IMG/VR virus record: IMGVR_UViG_3300044274_000281
Source: a virus
Length of the DNA: 38,526 bases
Direction: 5' to 3' (one strand)
Part shown: piece after piece, positions 14,068 to 23,201 of the stretch
How positions within the stretch are numbered: the stretch's first letter is position 1
Layout of the letters: the number at the start of each line of letters is the position of its first letter
Notes under the pieces: generated by a model
Seen by the model: only the letters and a program-made list of their open reading frames with translations
Database searches by the model: none
What the model was told of the DNA's origin: nothing
Made by a program: the position numbers and the translations under genes

Positions 14068-14188
14068 TAACGTTATTTTTTTTCATTTCATTGCAAAAAA
14101 TTAAAAAAGGGTGTTATGCCCTAAGAAAAAAAATAGTACTTCGTAAGAAAAATTATATATTTACTAACTCATTCAATTTTTGATTATT

Positions 14189-14746
14189 ATGAAAAAAAGT
14201 ATACTCATCGTTTTGGCATTTGTTACTAGCTTTTTGCAAGCACAAGAAAAGTTTAATTATAATACTGAAGGACTAACTCCTAAGTATTTAGTTGTGGAAG
14301 TTGATTCTGTTTCAAAGAGCGAACTTTATAAAAGAGCTATTAATTGGATTAAGGAAAACTATGAAAATCCAGATGAAGTTATTAAAACTTCTATAGATGA
14401 CAAAATGATTCGTTTTACTGGTGTACAACTTCAAGGATTTTACAGAACTACATTAGTAGGTAAGGCATACCATCATGTGCGTTACACCATTAGTATTTCA
14501 TTTAAAGAAGGTAGGTATAAATTAGAACCGATATCTATTGAAGATAAATATGAAGATGGTGGATATTGGCTAGAAGTTGACTTAAATAATTCGAAAAAAT
14601 ACTTTAGGAAAAATGGAAAAGCAAGAGGAGAATACAAATTTTATCCCTTGTTAATTGGAAAACTACTTAATGACATGAACCAAAGTATATACGAATATTT
14701 AAAGACTGGCGGACAATCAAAAGACAGCGATGAAGATGATTGGTAG
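14189..14746 (+). CDS. Secreted DUF4468-like protein (moron)
   Basis: ATG at 14189 (MKKSILIVLAFVTSFLQAQ signal peptide). PKYLVVEVDSVSKSELYKRAINWIKENY resembles the DUF4468 N-terminal pattern. Confidence 0.6.
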   Translation: MKKSILIVLAFVTSFLQAQEKFNYNTEGLTPKYLVVEVDSVSKSELYKRAINWIKENYENPDEVIKTSIDDKMIRFTGVQLQGFYRTTLVGKAYHHVRYTISISFKEGRYKLEPISIEDKYEDGGYWLEVDLNNSKKYFRKNGKARGEYKFYPLLIGKLLNDMNQSIYEYLKTGGQSKDSDEDDW

Positions 14747-15016
14747 TTAAGTATTCCCTTTCATTTGCTCCTTTAACCTTTTACATCTTTCAATAGTAAT
14801 TTCTATTGGGTATTTGTACATTGGTTTTACTTCTATGAGTTCAAATTTCTGTGTCTCTGGATGATAATCAAAAATGACAACTTCGCGATTTATAGTCTTG
14901 TATGAATTGCTAAAATTTTTCTCCAAATGAAACTTGAAGCTATCCATGATAGGTTTATGATATTCTTCGGTAAAGAAGATATCTGCAGTGGGATTTATAA
15001 CAATATCTAATGCCAT
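14747..15016 (-). CDS. Hypothetical protein
   Basis: 89-aa ORF, convergent with and abutting the DUF4468-like gene. Confidence 0.6.
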   Translation of the reverse strand: MALDIVINPTADIFFTEEYHKPIMDSFKFHLEKNFSNSYKTINREVVIFDYHPETQKFELIEVKPMYKYPIEITIERCKRLKEQMKGNT

Positions 15017-15072
15017 GCTTCAAAATTAAATTTCTTCACAATTTCACCACACACTTTTTACTAAGATATTCC

Positions 15073-15112
15073 TATAGTTGCAGTAATACAGTTATAGTTG
15101 TTAAACATAGTT
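15073..15112 (+). promoter_or_regulatory. Direct repeats TATAGTTG x2 (20-nt period) plus ATAGTT upstream of the first rightward gene
   Basis: TATAGTTG at 15073-15080 and 15093-15100; ATAGTT at 15107-15112. Each is one mismatch from TAnnTTTG. Confidence 0.3.
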
Positions 15113-15161
15113 AAACTCGTTTTAATAGATAATATCTATATTGCATTTATATCATTTGTAA

Positions 15162-15674
15162 ATGCCAGTAAAAAGAAAAATACCTGTTTCGAAGCACATC
15201 AAAAAGTTTTTGGAATATTACTTTCCGCATCCATATACTTATAAACCTACTGACTTTATAGGAGCGCTTATTGCTGGAGTACTTAAGAAAGGATATCGCG
15301 TCCGTGTAAAAAAGAAAGCCGAAGCAGAATTTACCATTATATTGAAAGACAACGATGTTGATCGACTTGGTAAGTTTGCTGAGTGGGAAGATTGTTTGAA
15401 TTTTAATAAAGCAATTCATTCCATCTTTTTAACGGTTGTGTATACTCACATGGATATTAGTCGCAAACTTGATATAGAGAAATCTAAAGTGGCCATGATC
15501 CAACTTTTGGAAGAAATGGGTATTACGGAAGACGATATTAATTTTGAAAGCTTGTATAGAGAGTATGGCAGAAAGAAGAAATATCCTAAAACTACGAGTG
15601 AAAATATTGTGAATCATTTAACTAAAAAAACTATGGTCAAATTGTCCTCTGAAAATGGTCAAATTGTCCTTTAA
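15162..15674 (+). CDS. Hypothetical protein, first gene of the rightward block
   Basis: 170-aa ORF, basic N-terminus. Its 3' end carries the 16-nt duplicated motif. Confidence 0.7.
   Translation: MPVKRKIPVSKHIKKFLEYYFPHPYTYKPTDFIGALIAGVLKKGYRVRVKKKAEAEFTIILKDNDVDRLGKFAEWEDCLNFNKAIHSIFLTVVYTHMDISRKLDIEKSKVAMIQLLEEMGITEDDINFESLYREYGRKKKYPKTTSENIVNHLTKKTMVKLSSENGQIVL
15633..15670 (+). repeat. Exact 16-nt direct repeat ATGGTCAAATTGTCCT x2 (22-nt period)
   Basis: 15633-15648 and 15655-15670. Each copy contains TGTCC. The two copies are translated in different frames of the same CDS. Confidence 0.8.
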
Positions 15675-15684
15675 TTTTTAAGCT

Positions 15685-16197
15685 ATGGAAATTTGTAATC
15701 AATCAGAGTTTTTAAAAAGAATCAAAAAGGTACATTTATTATTGCCTAGTGATATCATTTATTCGATTGCCGAAGTTTTGAATAATACTTCCATAGGAAT
15801 TACTACTTCAGAAAACACATTGACCGTAAAAGTACTTCCCGAAAATGTCAGTGTTAATTCCAGACAGACCACCGTTAAAGAAGGTGCGCGATGGAACCAT
15901 AAAATCACATTTGACGTGATACCACAGGAAGAATCTATACTTTCCATTTTAGACAAACTCTCCAACAAAAAGGTTGTGGTGGCTTTGGAGTCTACAGATT
16001 ATCGTGTATTTATATACGGAAATACAGATCAACCTCTTACCTATACGTATAAAGAAATCAACAGTAAAAATCAAGAAGGAAATATCGGATATCAAATAAG
16101 TGTATCTGGTGCAACTACGGTGCGACCACTGATAAGAACAATTAATGAATTTGACGGTAATCCTTTCTTAGCAAGTGTGATTGCAGGCTATTTATAG
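15685..16197 (+). CDS. Hypothetical protein (head-module position)
   Basis: 170-aa ORF. Confidence 0.7.
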   Translation: MEICNQSEFLKRIKKVHLLLPSDIIYSIAEVLNNTSIGITTSENTLTVKVLPENVSVNSRQTTVKEGARWNHKITFDVIPQEESILSILDKLSNKKVVVALESTDYRVFIYGNTDQPLTYTYKEINSKNQEGNIGYQISVSGATTVRPLIRTINEFDGNPFLASVIAGYL

Positions 16198-16208
16198 TGT
16201 CCTTTTTT
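16198..16208 (+). promoter_or_regulatory. TGTCC-T6 motif copy
   Basis: tgtcctttttt, 65 nt upstream of the ATG at 16263. Confidence 0.5.
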
Positions 16209-16262
16209 AGCCCTTTCAACAGGGGTAAAATTGTATCGTAGAAAATCTATAGATACAATTTT

Positions 16263-17594
16263 ATGAGCAGCAATATTGCTAATTTACATAGTTTATTAAG
16301 CAGCAAATGGATGATAACAGATCAATTTGCCAATGCTCTTATACCTCAATTATTGAGTATTCTTAATAAAGGAGAACTTCCTGAAAAACAATCTTCTAGT
16401 TCAGGAATTATTTTCATGAATACTTCCATGGAATTTTTTGATGAGGAAGAATACAATACAGCTACTGAGGAAGAAGAAGAAAAGCAAGAAGTAGTTGCAA
16501 TTCTACCAATTAAAGGTGCAATTACTAAGTATTCTCAATGGTGCGGACCAGCTGGTACTCGTGAAATGAAATCGAGAATGGAAAAATGGAAAGCCGACGA
16601 CAATATCGTTGGTATTTTATTTGACATAGACAGCGGTGGCGGACAAGTATCGGGCACAGGAGAATTTGCCAGATATGTCAAAGACTATCCTAAACCAACA
16701 TTGACTTACAGTGATGGTATGATTGCATCTGCAGCATATTACATTGCTTCTGCAACGGATGAAATTGTAATGAATAAGTATTCGGATGTTGTAGGTAGTA
16801 ATGGTACAATGTGTAAATATCTTATCCTCGATGGATACTATAAAAAACTTGGTGCAGAAGTAATAGAAGCTTATGCAACAAAATCTACAAAGAAAAACAA
16901 CACTAGTAGGGAAGCCAAAAAAGGGAATTTGAAACCTCTGATCAAAGAAGAGCTTGATCCTATTAATGAACAATATCTACAGGAAATTCAAGAGTACAGA
17001 CCTCAAGTAAATAGCGAAGTGCTGAACGGTCAACATTATGTTGACATGAGTATAGCTCAAGACAAAGGTTTGATTGATGCAATTGGAGACAAAAAATATG
17101 CGATTGACAGAATTTTTGAACTCGCAGATACAAACAAATCACAAAATCATAATAATCAGAACATGGCAGAAGAACAAAACAATTTTGAACAACTAGCTGC
17201 CACATTAGGTTTGGAAGATGGTCTTAAGCTGTCAACAAAACTTTTTGGTGGCAAAAAAGGAGTTTTTCTTAACGAAGCACAGTTACAAGCTTTAGAAAGC
17301 AAACTTGCTGATCAAGAGGAAAACAAAGCAGAAGACACTTCATTAAACAATGAAGCTGAAAACAAAGTAACAGCTTTGGAAAATGCAGTCACGGATGCAT
17401 TAAAAGTTGCCTCATTAGATGCAGCAGACTCTACAGAAGCATCTATCAAGTTACTTGGAGATACGGTTGCACAGTATGGATCGCAACCAGGAGAAACACC
17501 AACACAAACTGCATCAGATGGTGACAGATTCAATGATGAAGATGGAATCGTAAATTCTTCTGATGCTCATAATCAAATCTATAATAAAGTCTAA
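16263..17594 (+). CDS. S49 (SppA/ClpP-fold) prohead protease fused to a scaffold-like C-terminal region
   Basis: 443 aa. GILFDIDSGGGQVSG and SDGMIASAAYYIASATDEIVMN are S49 signatures. The C-terminal ~140 aa is Ala/Glu/Gln-rich and coiled-coil-like. Confidence 0.8.
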   Translation: MSSNIANLHSLLSSKWMITDQFANALIPQLLSILNKGELPEKQSSSSGIIFMNTSMEFFDEEEYNTATEEEEEKQEVVAILPIKGAITKYSQWCGPAGTREMKSRMEKWKADDNIVGILFDIDSGGGQVSGTGEFARYVKDYPKPTLTYSDGMIASAAYYIASATDEIVMNKYSDVVGSNGTMCKYLILDGYYKKLGAEVIEAYATKSTKKNNTSREAKKGNLKPLIKEELDPINEQYLQEIQEYRPQVNSEVLNGQHYVDMSIAQDKGLIDAIGDKKYAIDRIFELADTNKSQNHNNQNMAEEQNNFEQLAATLGLEDGLKLSTKLFGGKKGVFLNEAQLQALESKLADQEENKAEDTSLNNEAENKVTALENAVTDALKVASLDAADSTEASIKLLGDTVAQYGSQPGETPTQTASDGDRFNDEDGIVNSSDAHNQIYNKV

Positions 17595-17596
17595 AC

Positions 17597-18625
17597 ATGA
17601 GTGTAAATATTGATCAAATACTAAACGAAACAAAGCGATTTGTTAAGGACAATCCAAAAGTTCTTAATGGCGCTATTATGTCCAAAGAAGTTGAGTTGAA
17701 CAAGCATGCTAAACTTGTGGTTAAAATCAGAGGAGAGTATCCAACGGTAAACGCTGTTTTAGGACATGTTGTTCAAGGTTTTCAACCAAAATGGACAGAA
17801 ATGGGGAATGTTCAATTCCGTGGAAAGGTAAGTAAAGATTACCATCAAAAGGTAAACTTTGGTTTTACTCCCGCAGAAGTACTTGGTTCTTGGATTGAAC
17901 AGAAATATGATGAGGGCAAAGAAATTAAAGACAAATCAATTTCTCAGCATGTTTTGAAGACAATGCTTCCAGCAAAAATTATATCAGATGTAGATATCTT
18001 ATCAATGAATGGAATTTTTGATCCAGTACGTGCATTTGCTGAAAACCCTGAATTTGGATACTCAATGGATGGTTTGAATACAATTGTGAAAAATAATGTA
18101 ACAAACACAAACAATCCATACTTCAAGATTCCAATTGACACGGTAACTGATGATAACATTTTGGATGTTATCGAATCTTATGAAGAAGCAATTCCTTTGG
18201 ATTACGTCAAGTTGATTGACAAAATTTTCATTTCTCATAGAAATTATTTGAGAGCTAAGAAAAAGCACAAAGAACTCAATGGAGGTAACACTGATTTCAA
18301 AGCTGATGGATTTGCAATGACTCCTCTATTAGAAAAAAAATTAGTTGTTCTTACTGGGTTAGATGACAATACCATTCTTTCATCCGTTTCTGGAAACTTG
18401 ATCAGAATGGTTGACCTTATCCAAAATCCTGCAACAATTGTTGATGTTCAAAAGCAAGATTACAAGATCAAAATCTTTGGTGAGTTTACTCTAGGTTATG
18501 ATTTTGCCGTAAACGAACTCACTATTGTAGGTTCTAACCATGCTTCAATAACTGAGAGAGGTCTTGGAAATTCAGAACTCAATGAGTTGTACTATCCACG
18601 TGAATATACTCAGATAACCGCTTAA
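17597..18625 (+). CDS. Major capsid protein (candidate)
   Basis: 342 aa, immediately downstream of the protease/scaffold gene. Call rests on size and position; no motif was verified. Confidence 0.55.
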   Translation: MSVNIDQILNETKRFVKDNPKVLNGAIMSKEVELNKHAKLVVKIRGEYPTVNAVLGHVVQGFQPKWTEMGNVQFRGKVSKDYHQKVNFGFTPAEVLGSWIEQKYDEGKEIKDKSISQHVLKTMLPAKIISDVDILSMNGIFDPVRAFAENPEFGYSMDGLNTIVKNNVTNTNNPYFKIPIDTVTDDNILDVIESYEEAIPLDYVKLIDKIFISHRNYLRAKKKHKELNGGNTDFKADGFAMTPLLEKKLVVLTGLDDNTILSSVSGNLIRMVDLIQNPATIVDVQKQDYKIKIFGEFTLGYDFAVNELTIVGSNHASITERGLGNSELNELYYPREYTQITA

Positions 18626-18634
18626 GAGTAATCT

Positions 18635-19039
18635 ATGGAAAATTATAATGTAATAGGGAAATCCACAGAAGAACTGCAAGTAAAAGCGAAAGAACTGGGG
18701 ATTTCTGGATTTATGGAATTAGGCTATAAAGACCTGCAAAAAGCTATAACAGGTCATTATAGTGCAAAGGATAAAGAAAGTCAGCAAATACCACCAGAGG
18801 ATAATAAAGCTGACTCAGAAAATCAAACCGAAAATACGGAAACAGATACTTCAGTAGAGGCACCTGTATTATTCTATACAGATAGTAATTCTACAAAATG
18901 GGTATTTAAAAAAGATACTCCAGATGCTTTTCGATTTAACGGTTTAGTTAGGACTAAACAAGAGTGGCTTCAAGATGAAGATGCTATGGAAATGTTAGTC
19001 TATGGAAGATCAACTTATGTTCAAAAATTAAAAAAATAA
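18635..19039 (+). CDS. Hypothetical protein with Rho_N/HeH-like N-terminal motif
   Basis: 134 aa. STEELQVKAKELGISGFMELGYKDLQKAI. Confidence 0.7.
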   Translation: MENYNVIGKSTEELQVKAKELGISGFMELGYKDLQKAITGHYSAKDKESQQIPPEDNKADSENQTENTETDTSVEAPVLFYTDSNSTKWVFKKDTPDAFRFNGLVRTKQEWLQDEDAMEMLVYGRSTYVQKLKK

Positions 19040-19043
19040 TCTT

Positions 19044-19616
19044 ATGTCAACAAATTGTTTTGATAACGTTCCATTAGAGGATTTGACAATGTGTGTCAAT
19101 GAAGAATTGGTTGCTGGTACCTCAGAAACACAAGTTTTCGCAGCAGTGGCAGATCACATTGATGCCTTTCCAGCATTACCTGCATTGGGTGGTGATCCAA
19201 CCACTACAACTTTGGAAAGTTTAGCCACAATAGCTGCAGATATCACTTTTGTTGCTACAAAAGGTTTCTTCAAACTACAGGCGCAAACTGAGACAGGGGA
19301 AGTTAAAGATGAACTTGTAGGTAACAAGGGTAATAAGAAAGTGAAGAGTATGTACGAATTCTTCCTTCCAAATACCTCAAAGCGAAATATTGGTTTTATT
19401 CGCCAGTATATGAATGTGCCTTTAATATTCATAGTTACTGAGAAAACAGGACGTATGCGACTTATTGGTAGCAAACTAAATCCTGTTTATATGGATGATA
19501 CTTCTGGTACTACTGGTAAAGGACCAGAGGATGACAACGGGTGGCAAATATCTGTTTCAACCACATCAAGTAGTCCAGCGCCTGTTTACGAAGGTAATGT
19601 AGCAATGCACGCGTAA
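19044..19616 (+). CDS. Hypothetical structural protein
   Basis: 190-aa ORF in the head module. Confidence 0.7.
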   Translation: MSTNCFDNVPLEDLTMCVNEELVAGTSETQVFAAVADHIDAFPALPALGGDPTTTTLESLATIAADITFVATKGFFKLQAQTETGEVKDELVGNKGNKKVKSMYEFFLPNTSKRNIGFIRQYMNVPLIFIVTEKTGRMRLIGSKLNPVYMDDTSGTTGKGPEDDNGWQISVSTTSSSPAPVYEGNVAMHA

Positions 19617-19972
19617 TGAGTGAAGAGTTAAATAAAAAAATAATTGAAAGTATGACACCTCAAATGACGCATTTTGAGGTGATCGGGCATCCTAGGGTAT
19701 ACGTAACACCAAGATTAGGTATTGTGGATCTAAGGCTTGCGTTTCCAGAAGATAAAGCCCTTATATGTTATAAAGACATCAATTTTCCATATTTGAAACT
19801 AAAAGATGGTGCTGAAGAATTGTTTAAGAATGAAAAAGTAGACACAATCTTGAATTTAATTAATAAAGCGACTATCATTTCAGATATTGAGATTCTAGCA
19901 AAATCAAAACCCGAAAGTAAAAAGGTACAAGAACTGTTTCAAACACGTATTGCTGAATTGAAAAAAGCATAA
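19616..19972 (+). CDS. Hypothetical protein
   Basis: 118-aa ORF with a TAATG overlap to the upstream gene. Confidence 0.7.
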   Translation: MSEELNKKIIESMTPQMTHFEVIGHPRVYVTPRLGIVDLRLAFPEDKALICYKDINFPYLKLKDGAEELFKNEKVDTILNLINKATIISDIEILAKSKPESKKVQELFQTRIAELKKA

Positions 19973-20005
19973 TTTATTATCCATCTTTATTTTTATTTTA
20001 TTTCT

Positions 20006-20037
20006 AAAAGGCATGTTTTCAGTAGCATGCCTTTTTT
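20006..20037 (+). terminator. Strong intrinsic terminator after the capsid gene block
   Basis: AAAAGGCATG - 10-nt loop - CATGCCTTTT, then TT. Confidence 0.8.
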
Positions 20038-20075
20038 AGTGATAACACTGACAGAATGAAGCTTTCTAGCTTAAC

Positions 20076-20087
20076 TGTCCTTTTTTT
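20076..20087 (+). promoter_or_regulatory. TGTCC-T7 motif copy
   Basis: The TGTCC starts exactly 40 nt upstream of the ATG at 20116. The near-consensus -7-like box CATTTTTG (20104-20111) starts 28 nt downstream of the TGTCC. Confidence 0.5.
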
Positions 20088-20115
20088 AAAAACCTTCACT
20101 TTCCATTTTTGAACT

Positions 20116-20865
20116 ATGGATATAGTTCAGTGGTTCAAAGATTCTAGAGATTACCAAACAGGTGTTCGTATTTATGCTATGCTTCCAAAAGCTAGCAAAA
20201 ATATACTTACCCGTTTACAGCGTGGAGAGAATCCTAGAAATCGAGCTACTTTGTTATATGAGCTTAATAAGCTAAAAAAATCAGCTTTAAATGTTAGTAT
20301 TCCCATTAATTCAGTTGAAAATATTCAATCGACTCAACCACCAATTCCTCCACCAGATCCAATAAAAAAATCTTTAACTCAGGATAATGGAAAAGTCACC
20401 ATGGCAATGCTGCCTGATCCTATCCTTAGAAAACGATTCGTGCAAAAGAACCAGGCATTTTATAAGCGATGGGAATTAAAGCATCAACTTAATGGACTTG
20501 CGCCAAGGCAAGAAGCTGAAGCACTAGAGTTGATCACTGAAATAATGAGACTTACCAAGCTTATTGATCAGATTTGGACTGAAATAGATTACTACATGGC
20601 ACATAAAAAGCTGCTTCCATCTAGTTCCAAAGACTATACTTTGCTATCTCCAATGGCGAAAGTTCGAGAGCGTCAACTTCTTTATTCCAGAAAGAGTAAG
20701 CGAGAGAAAACAGTTAATAATTACCTGTTAAAATTAAAATCTACAACAGATACAAAAGCGCGTGCTAACCTCCAGAGAAAAATATCCGAAAAGCAAAAGG
20801 TAATCACTCAAATGGATATAGATATAAAAAAATTAAATGAATTGATAAATGCCTCAGATAGTTAA
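20116..20865 (+). CDS. Hypothetical protein
   Basis: 249-aa ORF with a basic, helical C-terminal half. Confidence 0.7.
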   Translation: MDIVQWFKDSRDYQTGVRIYAMLPKASKNILTRLQRGENPRNRATLLYELNKLKKSALNVSIPINSVENIQSTQPPIPPPDPIKKSLTQDNGKVTMAMLPDPILRKRFVQKNQAFYKRWELKHQLNGLAPRQEAEALELITEIMRLTKLIDQIWTEIDYYMAHKKLLPSSSKDYTLLSPMAKVRERQLLYSRKSKREKTVNNYLLKLKSTTDTKARANLQRKISEKQKVITQMDIDIKKLNELINASDS

Positions 20866-21439
20866 GTTCAATAAAGATTCTTCGCTTCAGAAAATACGAG
20901 CTTCTTTTTTAGATGATACAATTGCGTTGAGTCCCAAGGAAGAAGATACGAAAAACAAATGTCGATACATTTTTACGTTGCGCCTAAAGAATAAGTACTC
21001 AAGGTCGCAAGCTATTGAGATGTTTGTAAAGGAGTACTCCACTGACAAGAAGAAGGTGAGTCTTGCAACTGCTTATCGTATTTATAATAAAGCGACGTTT
21101 ATCTATGGAGAACTGGATGAAACTGATGCCCGTGCCGAGCGCATGATCCTTCGTGAACATTACTTTAATCTTTATCAATTAGCACTGAAAGACAAGGAAA
21201 TTGAGCTTGCTAAAAAGATACTGGATAGCTACAAGGAATTATTTGATTTCAATGTCGATGAGACTGACATAGATCGTGGTAAGCTCAAAGCGCATGAATA
21301 TGTTATTAAGGTACCTCGCGATGTGCGTAAGATTTTGAGAGATCAAATACTAAACAAGGGAGTAGTTGACTTTAATTCGTATCCAAACATAGAAGATGTT
21401 TATTTTAAGGAGGTGAATGATGGAGAAGAAGATAGTTAA
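20849..21439 (+). CDS. Small terminase subunit (positional candidate)
   Basis: 196 aa, immediately upstream of the large terminase gene and overlapping it. No motif verified. Confidence 0.4.
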   Translation: MPQIVKFNKDSSLQKIRASFLDDTIALSPKEEDTKNKCRYIFTLRLKNKYSRSQAIEMFVKEYSTDKKKVSLATAYRIYNKATFIYGELDETDARAERMILREHYFNLYQLALKDKEIELAKKILDSYKELFDFNVDETDIDRGKLKAHEYVIKVPRDVRKILRDQILNKGVVDFNSYPNIEDVYFKEVNDGEEDS

Positions 21440-22970
21440 CCTAAATGCACCTCAATATTCAGTTGTAGAGGCACTGAATTTATTTATAAAATATATTTTT
21501 CTGGAATGGGCTCGTGGAACAGGGAAATCTACAATACTAGGATGGATTGTTAAAGAAGCTGCAATACAACTACCAAGGGCAACAGGGATATTGGTCGGAC
21601 AAACATATATTCAAATGCTCTCTAGAACATTACCTTCTACCAAGGAAGGTTTAGAGATGTTCGGCTATTATGAAGGTATTGATTATGTTGTCGGTAAATG
21701 TGGAAAGAAACTAGGCTTTGAGATGCCTTATCAAAGTCCATCCAAGTGGGATAATGTCATCCATTTTCGCAATGGCTTTATTTTAGTGTTGGTTTCTTTA
21801 GATAATCCTAACAGCGGTCGTGGATTGAACTCATATATAGTTATAGGGGATGAGGCAGCTTTACTAGATCCGGAACGACTGTTTAACAATGTGCAGACTA
21901 CCAACAGGGCAAAAAAAGTGTGGTTTGAAAAGTCACCACTTCTCAATGCTGAAATATTCGCCTCTTCCACTCCAATGACAAAAAAAGGAAAGTGGTTCAC
22001 CTCCTATGATAAACTTATACAAGATGCCAGAAACGGTATATCAAACAAAATTAAAAATCCAAATGAGTGGTTCTTCTCCAAAGCAAACGCATTTTCTAAT
22101 GCTCATAACTTAACAAGAGGATGGTTCGATCGAATGAAGGTCAATGCACCAAGCCTTACGCATTACAATGCGGAAATATTAAACATACGACCAAAGTTTG
22201 TACTAGAGAGCTTCTATCCATCGCTAGATCCAGCAGTACATTATTACGAGAACTTTAATAATACCTATTTAGAATCATTGGGAGTCAATGCCAGTAAGAG
22301 TTCATTCAACTGTTTACAAGACTCTGATTTAAAGAAAAACAAACCTCTCATTGTGGAATTAGACTGGGGAGTATTCAACTCGATGGTGATCTCACAGGAC
22401 GATGGAGAGGAGTGGAAGTTCTTGAAATCATTGTGGGTAAAGAATCCAAAGATTATAGACGACCTTATTGATGAACAGTTTGCTCCTTATTACTCTTCTC
22501 ATGGAAAGAAAGTAATACACCTGTATTACGATCGTAATGGTAACAATCGTCAAGCCAACAGTAGTATAACACTAGCACAACAAGCCATCGCTGCATTCAA
22601 GCGTAACGGGTGGAAGGTGATAGTTAAGACTCCTCCCACACTAGATCCACCACACAATGAGAAGTTCATCGTAGTTAACTTCCTTTTAAAGTTTGGTGGT
22701 ACAAGGGGACTCCCTAAGATGAGAATCAATATGCACAATGCGTATGATCTTACCGTATCGTTGGAGGATGCTCCAGCTAAAGAAGGTAACAACGGGATTC
22801 AAAAGGATAAGAGTTCCGAGCGATCAAAGACCACACCACAGGAGCATGCCACCCACCTGTCTGATGCGTTCGACCTTGCACCTTACTGGCGATACAAGGA
22901 TAAGGTGATGAAGCTCATTACTAACAAACAAGATCGTTGGTCTATTCCACTCTTCGGTGGAAGAAAATGA
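21417..22970 (+). CDS. terL: Terminase large subunit
   Basis: 517 aa. Walker A-like EWARGTGKSTILG and Walker B YIVIGDEAALL. Size and position are typical. Confidence 0.85.
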   Translation: MMEKKIVNLNAPQYSVVEALNLFIKYIFLEWARGTGKSTILGWIVKEAAIQLPRATGILVGQTYIQMLSRTLPSTKEGLEMFGYYEGIDYVVGKCGKKLGFEMPYQSPSKWDNVIHFRNGFILVLVSLDNPNSGRGLNSYIVIGDEAALLDPERLFNNVQTTNRAKKVWFEKSPLLNAEIFASSTPMTKKGKWFTSYDKLIQDARNGISNKIKNPNEWFFSKANAFSNAHNLTRGWFDRMKVNAPSLTHYNAEILNIRPKFVLESFYPSLDPAVHYYENFNNTYLESLGVNASKSSFNCLQDSDLKKNKPLIVELDWGVFNSMVISQDDGEEWKFLKSLWVKNPKIIDDLIDEQFAPYYSSHGKKVIHLYYDRNGNNRQANSSITLAQQAIAAFKRNGWKVIVKTPPTLDPPHNEKFIVVNFLLKFGGTRGLPKMRINMHNAYDLTVSLEDAPAKEGNNGIQKDKSSERSKTTPQEHATHLSDAFDLAPYWRYKDKVMKLITNKQDRWSIPLFGGRK

Positions 22971-23161
22971 CTTCTGACAACCCAAAATTCATATATCGGG
23001 CAATTTCAATAAAGGAAAGTGAAGAAATCCGTTAGGCTACGGCGGGGTGATCGTGCAGACTTTGAGAAAGTTAAAAGAATTTTTAAACTCAAAACATTGT
23101 AAATCAGAATTTTATATTTTAAAAAATGAGAAAGCCAATTGCAAAAACGCTCAAAGTTAGG

Positions 23162-23175
23162 TGTCCTTTTTTTTT
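23162..23175 (+). promoter_or_regulatory. TGTCC-T9 motif copy
   Basis: The TGTCC starts exactly 40 nt upstream of the ATG at 23202. Confidence 0.5.
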
Positions 23176-23201
23176 GGTTAGTAGAAATTGACCTTCGTAG
23201 T

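Noticed and set aside
13962-14183. 73-aa plus-strand ORF across the palindrome cluster
   Set aside because: The sequence is dominated by TTACGG/CCGTAA dyads and A/T runs, starts with TTG-type codons, and has an implausible composition. It is better explained as regulatory DNA.
20050-20087. TGTCC-T-run motifs as ordinary rho-independent terminators
   Set aside because: Only the 20076 copy has an upstream complementary arm (GACAG...CTGTC). The copies at 16198, 23162, 25840 and 30860 have none. The fixed 40-nt distance to the ATG also points to an initiation-related element.
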